From a virus: a DNA stretch of 35,437 bases. The notes beneath the pieces were generated by a model. It was not told where the DNA came from, ran no database searches, and saw nothing but the letters and a program-made list of their open reading frames with translations. Position 1 is the first letter of the stretch. Every line of letters starts with the position of its first letter. Location of the stretch: IMG/VR virus record IMGVR_UViG_3300020047_008974. One strand, 5' to 3'. This document shows, in pieces, positions 14,180-23,699 of the stretch. The position numbers were made by a program, and so were the translations under genes.

Positions 14180-16039
14180 ATGGCAATAATTAATAATCGT
14201 AATGCGTTTAACTCAGTGAGAGGTGTGATGGGCCTATTTAGTCCTTTAAATAAAGGGAAAAAAGGTTTAGACGAGGATGATCAGCCAAGTGAATTGTTAC
14301 CTGAGTTCCAATCAACACTGACTGACGAGGAGATAAATAAGATGACTTCGATGTGGATATCAAGTTATGATGCGTATGCAAAAGATATTAAATCGCAACA
14401 AAAGGATAATGTCAACTATTGGATTGGAAAACACTATAACGACTTAACAACAGCAGGAACAAAGCGTCCATTAGTAGATAACTTAGTGTTTGAAGCAGTA
14501 GAAACATTCCTACCAATTGCAACACGAGCCACTCCAGAAGCAAATGTAGCTATGATAAACGGTCAACAAAACCGGCTATCAAAAACACTACAACCGATAT
14601 TAAACTACAAAGGCCAAGAAACTATGATGCGTATGAAACTCAAGGGAGTGACACGTGACTGGGTGCTGTACTTAATTGGTTGTATGAAAACAGTATGGGA
14701 TACACAGAAAGGTGACTTTGATATTAAAAAGATATTACCAAGTCGTTTAATCCTGGATCCAAATGCTGAAATAGAAGTAAACGGTACATACTTGGGTGAA
14801 TACTTAGGTGAAAAAAAGAAAACAACCGCCCGGAAACTAGCTAAGATGTTTCCGAACTCTAAAACCTACATAGAAACCTATGTACAAGGTAACTGGGGAA
14901 CTAAGATAACCTACATTGAATGGTGGACTAACCTAGATGTATTCTTTACTATTGATAGTCATATCCTAGGTAAGTTTAAAAACCCGCACTGGAACTATGA
15001 TGGAGAAATAGAAAAAGTAGATCCAACAACAGGTAAAGCATCGAAACAATTTGTAAAAGGTAGAAACCACTTTGCATCACCACGGATACCTTATTCATTC
15101 CTAACGATATTTAACCTAGGGAAACAACCACACGATGAAACGTCTTTAATTACACAAAACATTCCACTACAAGACACTATCAACAAACGATACCAACAAA
15201 TCGATAGAAACGTAGAAGCACAAAACAACGGAATAGTATTGTCAGGTAAGTACTTCACTAAGGAACAGGCAGCAGAAGCAGCAACACAACTCTCACGAGG
15301 TAACCCATTATGGGTACCAGAGGGAGATATCAGAGCATCATACCAACGAGATCAAGCGCCTCAACTGGCTGCTGATGTATTTAACCACTTAAGAGATGCC
15401 CGCAATGAACTAAGAAACATATTCGGAACATCAGGGTCATCACCGGAGGGAACTAAAACACAGGAATCAGTACGAGGTAAAATCCTTATCAATCAATTGG
15501 ACTCATCCCGTATTGGTGGAGGTGTAACAGAATATATAGAACTATTTTCAGAAACACTTTACAACTGGTTTGTACAAATGATGTATGTGTACTACATAGA
15601 TGAACGTCAATTCCCAATTGGATTAGATAGAAACAAAGAGGAAATTGTATCATTGATTAATACTGACTTTGAATCACCAGTGAGCGTAACTGTAAAGACA
15701 GGGTCACTTGTACCAAAGGATCCACTAACACAACGTAACGAAGCTATGGACCTATGGAGTGCTCAGGCGATTGATCCAATTTCATTCTATGAAAAACTGG
15801 ACTTCCCTAACCCATATGAATCAGCTAAAGACTTACTAACCTGGAGAATGGTAGAACAAGGTAAACTCCCACCACAGGCAATGTTCAAAGACTTTGAAAT
15901 GCCACCTGCCCCTGGAGGTATGCCAACGGACCAACCAACAGGAACAGTAAGTGGTGCAGAGGATAATTTGTCAGAACAACCGAGTGAACCTGTCGGGGTT
16001 CAGTCGCAACAATTAATGGCTAGTGTGCCAATACAATAA
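14180..16039 (+). CDS. Portal protein
   Basis: 619 aa, directly downstream of terL. Size and position are typical; no motif was checked. Confidence 0.65.
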   Translation: MAIINNRNAFNSVRGVMGLFSPLNKGKKGLDEDDQPSELLPEFQSTLTDEEINKMTSMWISSYDAYAKDIKSQQKDNVNYWIGKHYNDLTTAGTKRPLVDNLVFEAVETFLPIATRATPEANVAMINGQQNRLSKTLQPILNYKGQETMMRMKLKGVTRDWVLYLIGCMKTVWDTQKGDFDIKKILPSRLILDPNAEIEVNGTYLGEYLGEKKKTTARKLAKMFPNSKTYIETYVQGNWGTKITYIEWWTNLDVFFTIDSHILGKFKNPHWNYDGEIEKVDPTTGKASKQFVKGRNHFASPRIPYSFLTIFNLGKQPHDETSLITQNIPLQDTINKRYQQIDRNVEAQNNGIVLSGKYFTKEQAAEAATQLSRGNPLWVPEGDIRASYQRDQAPQLAADVFNHLRDARNELRNIFGTSGSSPEGTKTQESVRGKILINQLDSSRIGGGVTEYIELFSETLYNWFVQMMYVYYIDERQFPIGLDRNKEEIVSLINTDFESPVSVTVKTGSLVPKDPLTQRNEAMDLWSAQAIDPISFYEKLDFPNPYESAKDLLTWRMVEQGKLPPQAMFKDFEMPPAPGGMPTDQPTGTVSGAEDNLSEQPSEPVGVQSQQLMASVPIQ

Positions 16040-16040
16040 T

Positions 16041-16385
16041 ATGAAATCAATGAGTCCAATCGGAGGTCACGATGTAGTAGAAAAAGAAAAAGGTAAGAAA
16101 ATGTTCGATGTGAAGACTGGTAAAAAGGTATATATCAAAGAAAAGATGTCCAAGAAAATGCCACACAACCCTCTAAAGTATTCTAAAGAGATAGAAAAGC
16201 TAAGAGCAAAACCTGATCACACAAGAAAAGGGTATAAACCGGATAAAGGTAGTTTCATTGATAGACTAGAAGCTCATAAACGAGAAGCAGCGAGCTTTGA
16301 CAATGGAACCTGGAAACCAAGTAAAAAAGGTGAGTCATTTATAGATGCCCTCGAACGGCATAAATCTCAAAGAGAATTTGATTAA
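16041..16385 (+). CDS. Small Lys-rich protein 1 (114 aa from ATG 16041)
   Basis: TAAtATG junction with the portal. The track start at 16023 is GTG inside the portal. Internal repeat KGSFIDRLEAHKRE / GESFIDALERHKSQ. Contains SKKM. Confidence 0.6.
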   Translation: MKSMSPIGGHDVVEKEKGKKMFDVKTGKKVYIKEKMSKKMPHNPLKYSKEIEKLRAKPDHTRKGYKPDKGSFIDRLEAHKREAASFDNGTWKPSKKGESFIDALERHKSQREFD

Positions 16386-16389
16386 TTAT

Positions 16390-16608
16390 ATGGCTTGGAA
16401 ACATACATCAGAGAATAAGGAATCACGTACTCAAAAAGACGTGAATGAATACCTTAAACGTAAAACTGGAGAACAAGAAAGGATTGTTATGAAACAGCAA
16501 GTAGCTAAGAAAATGGAACACGTTTCAAGTACACAATTAGAAGCTATGGAACGAGCTTATAAAAAACAAGGTCGAAGTGTACCATTACGATATAAAGTGA
16601 AAAAATAA
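16390..16608 (+). CDS. Small Lys-rich protein 2 (72 aa from ATG 16390)
   Basis: TAAttatATGGC junction. The track start at 16345 overlaps the previous gene by 41 nt. Contains AKKM. Confidence 0.55.
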   Translation: MAWKHTSENKESRTQKDVNEYLKRKTGEQERIVMKQQVAKKMEHVSSTQLEAMERAYKKQGRSVPLRYKVKK

Positions 16609-16609
16609 T

Positions 16610-16801
16610 ATGAAAAAAGACTTTAACAGCCCAGAGGAGAAAAAGATAATGAAAAGTATGATATCAGATCATAACAAACAACATAAAGGAACCTCTAATG
16701 AAATCAAAACTAAAGTAGTTAAGAAAATGGGCCAAAAAAAGAGTGAAACTAAAAATCGCTTTGCATCATTTCATCCGACTTGGTTTGGTACTAACAATTA
16801 A
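16610..16801 (+). CDS. Small Lys-rich protein 3
   Basis: 63 aa, TAAtATG junction, contains VKKM. Confidence 0.55.
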   Translation: MKKDFNSPEEKKIMKSMISDHNKQHKGTSNEIKTKVVKKMGQKKSETKNRFASFHPTWFGTNN

Positions 16802-16812
16802 TTTATAACTGT

Positions 16813-17043
16813 ATGGCAAATCCTAATTCAAAACTATACACTAGCGACATTACTGAAGCAGAAAAATGCTCACCGGACTATGGTGATGTGGAAGTATTGA
16901 TCGCAAGTGATAAAGAAAAACTAAATACCTTTGAAAACGATGGTAACCAAGACAAAGCATACTATAACAATGACTTGGCTAACCAAGGTGCTAAAGAGGA
17001 TAAAAAGGTCGGGAATCAATCGTCAGCTTATTATTCAGATTAA
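16813..17043 (+). CDS. Small acidic/Asn-rich protein ending AYYSD
   Basis: 76-aa ORF. Its C-terminus resembles that of the next ORF (RAYSD). Confidence 0.55.
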   Translation: MANPNSKLYTSDITEAEKCSPDYGDVEVLIASDKEKLNTFENDGNQDKAYYNNDLANQGAKEDKKVGNQSSAYYSD

Positions 17044-17055
17044 TAATAAAATTAT

Positions 17056-17346
17056 ATGTCAAACATATTTAAGTTAGTAACACACATAGATGGTAGACCA
17101 ATTGGAAGTAAAAAAGAAAGTGAAAAACCAGATGGATACCATAAAAAAGCTGTAGAATATCGTAAAAAAATGATGGCACAAAAGTTATCTCCATCAGGTA
17201 AAGTAGTGTTAAAAAAGAGTAGAATGTTAACAGATGCTGAACGTGCTGAGAAAACAAAAGACTGGCCAAAAGGACCAGAAAAACAACTAAATGAATCAGA
17301 AAAACGAGCGTGGCAACAAAAACATAAGCGAGCTTATAGTGACTAA
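17056..17346 (+). CDS. Small Lys-rich protein 4
   Basis: 96 aa, contains RKKM, ends RAYSD. Confidence 0.55.
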   Translation: MSNIFKLVTHIDGRPIGSKKESEKPDGYHKKAVEYRKKMMAQKLSPSGKVVLKKSRMLTDAERAEKTKDWPKGPEKQLNESEKRAWQQKHKRAYSD

Positions 17347-17347
17347 T

Positions 17348-17461
17348 ATGACACTTAAGAAAGTAAAGCTTGTAGCTAAAGAGCAGGAAGCTAAAGCTTG
17401 GATATTGTTCAGAGATCACGTACCTGTTCCAGTTAGTCAGCGCATTTATAGAAAACGTTAA
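17348..17461 (+). CDS. Candidate 37-aa basic micro-protein
   Basis: TAAtATG junction. Hand translation: MTLKKVKLVAKEQEAKAWILFRDHVPVPVSQRIYRKR. Confidence 0.35.
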   Translation: MTLKKVKLVAKEQEAKAWILFRDHVPVPVSQRIYRKR

Positions 17462-17472
17462 TATTAATTATT

Positions 17473-17754
17473 ATGAAAACAATAAAAGACCTAAAACAAA
17501 TGATTTCTGAACCGGCTTCAAAAGAATGGTTTGAAAAACACGGTGGTGCTAAAAAAGCTATTGCTAAGAAAATGGGTGGTGTTATTCCAGGAGTAACAGC
17601 AAGTCACGAAAAAAAAGTATTAAAATCAATTAAAAAAACTGGTAGATATGAGTCACCAGCATCAAAAAAAGCACAAAAGGAATCTGATAAAAAATGGAGT
17701 GCTTATACTGCAGAACGATCAGAACGATATAAAAGAGATGGTATTACTGAATAA
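17473..17754 (+). CDS. Small Lys-rich protein 5
   Basis: 93 aa, contains AKKM and several KK runs. Confidence 0.55.
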   Translation: MKTIKDLKQMISEPASKEWFEKHGGAKKAIAKKMGGVIPGVTASHEKKVLKSIKKTGRYESPASKKAQKESDKKWSAYTAERSERYKRDGITE

Positions 17755-17771
17755 TTAATAACACAAATAAT

Positions 17772-17924
17772 ATGGATACAAACGAAATTGAATCAGGTGA
17801 AATGAAATCCGGCGATGTAGCTATTGAAACTCTATTAGAACTAGAGGACATAGAAGCAGAGATGGATAAAGAGTTAGCAGAGGAAATGGAGACTGAGGGT
17901 GCTACTGTCGAGGTAGCTGAGTAA
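17772..17924 (+). CDS. Candidate 50-aa highly acidic protein
   Basis: Hand translation: MDTNEIESGEMKSGDVAIETLLELEDIEAEMDKELAEEMETEGATVEVAE. It is preferred over the antisense track ORF 17744..17929. Confidence 0.4.
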   Translation: MDTNEIESGEMKSGDVAIETLLELEDIEAEMDKELAEEMETEGATVEVAE

Positions 17925-17998
17925 GTCATTTATAAATTAGCGATGGGTTTGCTCGGACACTATCCCAGTCATAAGACTAAAAAGTTCCCGTAAAAAAT

Positions 17999-18787
17999 AT
18001 GTTTAATGATGAAACAATGTCAGATGAAGTAGCCTTTACAGGTAATGGTCAAGAGGAAATAGATATATTTAAATTTGAACCTGAACAAGCTCCAAGTGAT
18101 ATTGGGGGAAACGACTCGGCTACCACCGAGGATAAAATAACAGACGTATCCGATGAGGAATCAGAGGAGAAACGAGTTCCCTATAGTAGATTCAAACGAA
18201 AAGAGGAGGAATTGGAGGAACGTGACTCAATGATTAGAAATCTAGAGGAACGATTGTCTAGTTTGGAATCAAATCGTATTGAATCAACCCCACTAGAGGA
18301 TATAGACGTACCGAGAGAATGGGTTGAATTGTATGGAGATAGTGACGCTTCTAAACGTGCTTACAAAATACAATTACAACGTGAATCTCAGTTACAGGAA
18401 ACAGCTGTCCAAAAAGCTTTACAGTTATTTAAAGAGGAAGCCGTACAACAAGAAAATCAGTTATCTTATAATGAGGATATTATTGACGAAAATCTTGAGG
18501 ATCTACAGGATACGCTAGGGAAAAAATTATCCCAGCAAACCCAAGAGGATGTTCTCTCGATCGTTGATGAGTTCTCACCAACTGGACCTGATGGGAAATA
18601 CATTAGTTTATTCCCCTTTGACAAAGCGTACGAAATCTATCAATTGCGTAATTCACAGGCTAAACAAAAAACTATGCAGCAAAGGAACCAAGTAGCAGAT
18701 CTCACAGGCGCTAACTCTAACGAGGAATCAGAATCCGGTGAAGCTCACTTCAAACGAGGATGGGATAACTGGAGAGAAGCAATTTAA
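17999..18787 (+). CDS. Scaffolding protein (putative)
   Basis: 262 aa, acidic, with heptad-like E/L/Q-rich stretches. Immediately upstream of the major capsid gene. Confidence 0.55.
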   Translation: MFNDETMSDEVAFTGNGQEEIDIFKFEPEQAPSDIGGNDSATTEDKITDVSDEESEEKRVPYSRFKRKEEELEERDSMIRNLEERLSSLESNRIESTPLEDIDVPREWVELYGDSDASKRAYKIQLQRESQLQETAVQKALQLFKEEAVQQENQLSYNEDIIDENLEDLQDTLGKKLSQQTQEDVLSIVDEFSPTGPDGKYISLFPFDKAYEIYQLRNSQAKQKTMQQRNQVADLTGANSNEESESGEAHFKRGWDNWREAI

Positions 18788-18810
18788 TTATTATTTAATC
18801 TTAAAAAAAT

Positions 18811-19839
18811 ATGGCATTTACAAACCGAGTAGATACCCTTACATTGGACTACCTTGTACCACAAGTAGTAGATACAGTGCTTCGAGGTAACACTTTCGCA
18901 ACAGCAATGCTTGCGAAAACAAAGAAATTCCGTTCATCGACAATGGATTTCCCACTTAAATATCAAAAAGGTGTAGCAGGTACTTCATTCGCAGGATTCG
19001 ACTTACTTCCTACTTCAGCATCAGATACACGTGTTCTTATGGTTTATAACCCTAAATTCTACGCTATCAACGTTGCACTTCCAGGAACAGAAATCGCAGC
19101 TAACAACACAATGCAAAAAGTGATGGACTTAGCAACTGTTGAAATGCGAGGACGAGCTCAAGATATGGCTGACGATATTGGTACATTATTGTACGCAGAT
19201 GGAACAGGTAACGGATCAAAAGACTTCCTAGGACTAGCAGCTGTCGTAGATGACGGTTCAGCAGTTTCAACAATCGGAGGACTTTCACGAACTACTTACC
19301 CAACATTGGCGTCAACTGTTACTGCATCATCAGGCACAATTTCATTGGCTAAAATGCGAACACTTTATAACGCTATTGCAGATGCAACAGTTATTCCTAC
19401 AACTTCATACACTACTTATACAGTGTGGCAGTTATACGAATCTTTGTTACAACCACAAGAACGTATAATGAAAGATGTTAACATCGCTACTAACTTCAAA
19501 GGATACACAGGGTTCAAAACTCTTGAATTCGCTGGACTTCCAGTTATCCCAGATCGAAAATGTACATCAGGAGTTCTATTTTTCTTAAACGAGGAATTCT
19601 TAGACTTCTATGCACTTCCAACAGCTATCCCACAATTTGGTGGAGAACCTGTACCAGTAGCTAGTAAATTATTCGTTGGTAACTCATACAACGAGGTCGG
19701 ATCATTAGGATTCTCTTGGACAGGATGGATCAAATCAACTAACCAATTTGCATTCAATAGTTTCATTACTCTTGGAGGTAACTTGATTACTGATAACCCA
19801 CGTCGTCACGGAAAGCTAACAGGAATTACATCAGTTTAG
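18811..19839 (+). CDS. Major capsid protein (HK97-fold type, putative)
   Basis: 342 aa. Position after the scaffold and a composition and length typical of major capsid proteins. Confidence 0.7.
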   Translation: MAFTNRVDTLTLDYLVPQVVDTVLRGNTFATAMLAKTKKFRSSTMDFPLKYQKGVAGTSFAGFDLLPTSASDTRVLMVYNPKFYAINVALPGTEIAANNTMQKVMDLATVEMRGRAQDMADDIGTLLYADGTGNGSKDFLGLAAVVDDGSAVSTIGGLSRTTYPTLASTVTASSGTISLAKMRTLYNAIADATVIPTTSYTTYTVWQLYESLLQPQERIMKDVNIATNFKGYTGFKTLEFAGLPVIPDRKCTSGVLFFLNEEFLDFYALPTAIPQFGGEPVPVASKLFVGNSYNEVGSLGFSWTGWIKSTNQFAFNSFITLGGNLITDNPRRHGKLTGITSV

Positions 19840-19882
19840 TCTTCTGATTGATATTTATTATTAATCTTAATATTCAAACTAT

Positions 19883-20080
19883 ATGGCATTAGACTTAGCA
19901 AACTACGAACCAGCTTTAAAAACTCTTGGTGTAGGATTCTATGCAGGAGCAGGAGCTCCAACATTCGCAGCTAAAAAAGGTTCGTTTTACTTGAATACAA
20001 CTGGATCATCAACATCAACACGTGCTTACATAAACACAGATGGAGATACCACTTGGACAGCAGTAACAACTGCAGCGTAA
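19883..20080 (+). CDS. Small structural protein
   Basis: 65-aa ORF with the actatATGGC start context, inside the capsid cluster. Confidence 0.5.
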   Translation: MALDLANYEPALKTLGVGFYAGAGAPTFAAKKGSFYLNTTGSSTSTRAYINTDGDTTWTAVTTAA

Positions 20081-20106
20081 ACATTATCAATTAACTATAT
20101 TTACAT

Positions 20107-20838
20107 ATGGCAACAAAACTAACAGCATTTCCTCAACTTTCAGGACAGGACTTGCTAACAAACTCTTCAACACAAACAATGCCAATTGGATCATATATGG
20201 AAACAGCGGATGGCCGTGGATTCCGATATGCTAAAAACGGTGCTGTTGCAACTGTTGCTGGAAAAGTTTACCAATCATCAGCTCTTGATGCTACAAACCT
20301 ACAACCATCAGGTGGTCTAGGAGTATCAGCAGCAGCTATTGGTGACACTTCAGTCACTATCAGTACAAGTATTACTCTTACAGCTAACCAGCTTGCAGGA
20401 GGATACCTTTCAGTAGACGTAACTCCTGGACAAGGATACCTATACCGAATCGCTGGTAACACTGCAGTAACTGCAGCAACAGGTGCTATTATTTACCTAG
20501 AGGATCCATTGATCGTGGCTCTTACAACTTCATCTAAAGTGATCGTTGCAAAACATCCATATGACGGAGTAGTAATTGAACCAGGAACACCAACTGGAGT
20601 AATTGCCGGAGTTCCTAACGGAGTCTTTACAGCATCTTACTTCTTTTGGATCCAAACTCACGGTACAGCATCTGTATTATTTACAGGTACTGGAGTAGCC
20701 GGGAAAGCAGTAGGTTCATTGTCTGGTGGTACATCAGGTTCAATGGCTCCTGCAATCGCAGCAACAAACATTGGAGGTTATCACATTGCAACCGGTATTA
20801 CTGGTGAATATGCTTTGATTTTCTTGAATATTGACTAG
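20107..20838 (+). CDS. Capsid-associated protein (decoration/cement-like guess)
   Basis: 243 aa, Gly/Ala/Thr-rich and beta-rich. Adjacent to the capsid gene and followed by a strong hairpin. Confidence 0.5.
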   Translation: MATKLTAFPQLSGQDLLTNSSTQTMPIGSYMETADGRGFRYAKNGAVATVAGKVYQSSALDATNLQPSGGLGVSAAAIGDTSVTISTSITLTANQLAGGYLSVDVTPGQGYLYRIAGNTAVTAATGAIIYLEDPLIVALTTSSKVIVAKHPYDGVVIEPGTPTGVIAGVPNGVFTASYFFWIQTHGTASVLFTGTGVAGKAVGSLSGGTSGSMAPAIAATNIGGYHIATGITGEYALIFLNID

Positions 20839-20852
20839 TGATTAGTAGTGTA

Positions 20853-20868
20853 CCTCTCGCAAGAGGGG
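20853..20868 (+). other. Stable GCAA-tetraloop hairpin after the capsid genes
   Basis: CCTCTC-GCAA-GAGGGG with no T-run after it. A second imperfect hairpin lies at 20877-20904. The core TCTCGCAAGA recurs at 31716-31725. Confidence 0.5.
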
Positions 20869-20930
20869 TCCACCATCTAGGTACTTAGTCGTCAACTACC
20901 CTAGATTATTAACTTAATTTTTTAAATTTT

Positions 20931-21338
20931 ATGATAGAACCAGCATTGTATGATAACGAACGTAGATTTATTTTTAACAACTGGACCAGTGAGGACTTCC
21001 CGGCATTGTTTGGTGGTGAAACAACCATAATCAAAGCAGGAGAAACAAAAGAATTTGGAATGTTCAAAGCTTATTTATTCACTAAACACTTAGTAGATCG
21101 TGAAATGATTAGAGATGGAAAAGAAAACTCAATGTCAGCGCAGGAAATGCGACAAGACTATGAGGATAAAACCATTGCTGAAATTACTTCAGATATTGAT
21201 TCACCAGCCTTGGCCTCTATTAAAGAAAAGATCAAAGAGGAAATCGCTGTAGAAACAGGAAAGAAAAAAGCTGCTAGTAAAAAAGTAGTAGCCGAAGTGA
21301 AAGATGAGGAGGAAACAGAATTCGCTGATATTAAATAA
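20931..21338 (+). CDS. Hypothetical structural-module protein
   Basis: 135-aa ORF with a charged C-terminus. Confidence 0.6.
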   Translation: MIEPALYDNERRFIFNNWTSEDFPALFGGETTIIKAGETKEFGMFKAYLFTKHLVDREMIRDGKENSMSAQEMRQDYEDKTIAEITSDIDSPALASIKEKIKEEIAVETGKKKAASKKVVAEVKDEEETEFADIK

Positions 21339-21340
21339 CT

Positions 21341-22042
21341 ATGAAACTCTTTACACCAGCACAAGCTAAACACGAAAATACTCTTAGAACCGATGACGAT
21401 GTGGCTCAAATCGCCTTTTTGTCAATTACCCTCAAAAAGTTACAGGACTCTATTAACCTAGAAAACTCAAACTTCTCAGAGCGTATGAAAGAGCAAAGGG
21501 ATGTATACAATGCTGAAAAAGAGAAATTGCAAAAAGAGGTTAAGGATTTACATAAACAAATAGACATCGGAGAAAGACGACTAGCAGAGCTTCTTATCCC
21601 GATTGACGGATTAAAAGAGCAAGCCGAACAGACCTTACAGCGAGCTCAACAACGTGAGGAGGAGATCCGTGAGAGAGAGGAACACATCAGTGAACTTCAT
21701 AATTTACTAGCGGAGAAAATAGATAGCCTTTCAGAACGTGAGTCACGCATTAAAGATCAAGAAGCTGAACTCATTAAACGCACATACGGCATAGAAGCAG
21801 AACGTAAAATGATATCAGATACGCACACTAAACTAAACGCTGAATTAGCAGAGTTTAGAGCTATGCAACTATCAGAAACCAAGATACTCGAGGAACGCCT
21901 AAAATCCCTCCAAATTCGAGAGAGAATGGCCCAGGAGTACATAGACACCAGAACACTAGAATTAAACGCTAAGGAGCGCATTTTGGACGATTTAAGAGGG
22001 GTTGCAGAACGTAACCTAAAGAGATTATCAATTAAACAATAA
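21341..22042 (+). CDS. Coiled-coil protein
   Basis: 233 aa, E/K/R/L/Q-rich, heptad-like throughout. Confidence 0.6.
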   Translation: MKLFTPAQAKHENTLRTDDDVAQIAFLSITLKKLQDSINLENSNFSERMKEQRDVYNAEKEKLQKEVKDLHKQIDIGERRLAELLIPIDGLKEQAEQTLQRAQQREEEIREREEHISELHNLLAEKIDSLSERESRIKDQEAELIKRTYGIEAERKMISDTHTKLNAELAEFRAMQLSETKILEERLKSLQIRERMAQEYIDTRTLELNAKERILDDLRGVAERNLKRLSIKQ

Positions 22043-22046
22043 CTAT

Positions 22047-22184
22047 ATGGAAATAAATGATTCAATGTTTTTGAAAAAAAATATAAAAAAACCAAAAGTT
22101 ATCAAGGAAAAAAATGAAAGGGAAAAATCATATGACAAATGGATTTCTGAAAAGAAAAAATTATTAGCATCTAAATTAAAATAA
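22047..22184 (+). CDS. Candidate 45-aa Lys-rich micro-protein
   Basis: TAActatATG junctions on both sides. Hand translation: MEINDSMFLKKNIKKPKVIKEKNEREKSYDKWISEKKKLLASKLK. Confidence 0.4.
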   Translation: MEINDSMFLKKNIKKPKVIKEKNEREKSYDKWISEKKKLLASKLK

Positions 22185-22188
22185 CTAT

Positions 22189-22500
22189 ATGGCAGATACA
22201 TATTCAATCATTTGCTCAAAATCAACTGCTAACACACCAGCAATTGTATCAGGAGCAGGTACAGCATTGGCTTCAAACCCGGCACGAGCTGGATGGTCAA
22301 TTCAAAACCTAGGTACTAACCCATTGTTTGTATTATTAGGATCAGGTGCTTCAACCTCAGTATTCCACTACGTACTCAAAGGAGGATCAGGGAATGATGA
22401 CGGTCTAGGTGCTTTCTTATCACAAACAACCGGAACCGTATACACAGGTATTATTACAGTAGCCGGGACATCACCCCGATTCGTAGTGATGCAATTATAA
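22189..22500 (+). CDS. Hypothetical structural protein
   Basis: 103-aa ORF with coupled junctions. Confidence 0.6.
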   Translation: MADTYSIICSKSTANTPAIVSGAGTALASNPARAGWSIQNLGTNPLFVLLGSGASTSVFHYVLKGGSGNDDGLGAFLSQTTGTVYTGIITVAGTSPRFVVMQL

Positions 22501-22501
22501 T

Positions 22502-22981
22502 ATGGAACTTAATACACCAAAAGATGAATTGAAAGGTGTAGATCCAGTCCTTACTAACACAATCGCAGCATTACGATCACAGATCACTGAAAAAGAATCT
22601 GAAATCAAGCGACTAAATGGTGAGATTGAATCAAAAAAATACACTGTAGATCAATTACATAACCAAAAGGTAGAATTAGATACAGTAATTCCGGAACTTA
22701 CAGTTAAAAAAGACAACCTAGAAAGTGATATTGCTGAACTTACTACTAAAAAAGAGGAAACTATTGTAGAAATTGCGAAAGCTCACGATGAAAACAATGC
22801 AACTTCCCTTAAATTAGCTGTACGTGAGTCAGAAATTAAAGAAAAAGAGGAGAACTTAAAAGAAATTAGTATTACCTTAAGTAAAGAAGCAGGAGAATTG
22901 GAGAAAATTAGTGCTGAACTAGAGAAAAAAGAAAATGCGCTAGAGGATAAGATCGCTAAATTAAAAGAAATAATCAAATAA
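22502..22981 (+). CDS. Coiled-coil protein
   Basis: 159 aa, E/K/L/I-rich and heptad-like. Confidence 0.6.
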   Translation: MELNTPKDELKGVDPVLTNTIAALRSQITEKESEIKRLNGEIESKKYTVDQLHNQKVELDTVIPELTVKKDNLESDIAELTTKKEETIVEIAKAHDENNATSLKLAVRESEIKEKEENLKEISITLSKEAGELEKISAELEKKENALEDKIAKLKEIIK

Positions 22982-22985
22982 ACTT

Positions 22986-23216
22986 ATGAATTATTCGCCA
23001 GGATTAAACGCAACATCGTCAGGAACTAGTAGCGTGCTCGTATTATCGAGCCTTATTCCTGTAGCTTTTGATTACATTTCAGCGAATTATGCAGGTGCTA
23101 CGTCAGATGTATATACTTATAAATCCGGTGGATCTGGTGGAACTACTGTAGCTACAGTAACTGTGGTATGGACTGATGCAACAAAGGCAGTCTTATCAAC
23201 AGTAACTAGAACATAA
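22986..23216 (+). CDS. Hypothetical structural protein
   Basis: 76-aa ORF. Confidence 0.5.
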   Translation: MNYSPGLNATSSGTSSVLVLSSLIPVAFDYISANYAGATSDVYTYKSGGSGGTTVATVTVVWTDATKAVLSTVTRT

Positions 23217-23217
23217 T

Positions 23218-23526
23218 ATGGCTAATAAATTTGTTTTTAACCCACTTATAGGAAACTTTGATCTTATAAATGATGGATCAACTGATTATTTTGAAACAGT
23301 ATCAAAAAATCTTAAATCATATCCTTATGAATTCACCTATAGTGGCGCTGATATAGATTTTATAACGTATGATTTAGGTGGAGGATTAAGTATTATCAAA
23401 ACATTTAACTATACTTCAGGAGATATAACATCGATAGTTTTATCTGGTGACGTACCAGGTGGAATTAATTTAACAAAAACACTTAGTTATATATCTGGTA
23501 ATATTGATAATGTAATTTATTCATAA
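23218..23526 (+). CDS. Hypothetical structural protein
   Basis: 102-aa ORF, TAAtATG junction. Confidence 0.55.
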   Translation: MANKFVFNPLIGNFDLINDGSTDYFETVSKNLKSYPYEFTYSGADIDFITYDLGGGLSIIKTFNYTSGDITSIVLSGDVPGGINLTKTLSYISGNIDNVIYS

Positions 23527-23527
23527 T

Positions 23528-23698
23528 ATGAAAAATAAAAAAATCGAGGAAGTTTCAGAATTAAAACCAATTGTCAGCAAGCTTAATTTCGCTATTAATA
23601 TATTAGAGGAAAAAGTAGCTAGAGAATATGGATTAACACTTAGTGAAGTTCGGTCAAAAAAGATAGAAATTATTAACAGTCAATTAACAATTAATTAA
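23528..23698 (+). CDS. Candidate 56-aa protein
   Basis: TAAtATG junctions on both sides. Hand translation: MKNKKIEEVSELKPIVSKLNFAINILEEKVAREYGLTLSEVRSKKIEIINSQLTIN. Confidence 0.45.
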   Translation: MKNKKIEEVSELKPIVSKLNFAINILEEKVAREYGLTLSEVRSKKIEIINSQLTIN

Positions 23699-23699
23699 T

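Noticed and set aside
11239-16389. Upstream-extended starts given by the track (11239 for GroES-like, 16023 GTG for the first Lys-rich protein, 16345 for the second)
   Set aside because: Each extension overlaps the preceding gene. An in-frame ATG sits at the genome-typical TAAtATG or TAAttatATG junction (11254, 16041, 16390).
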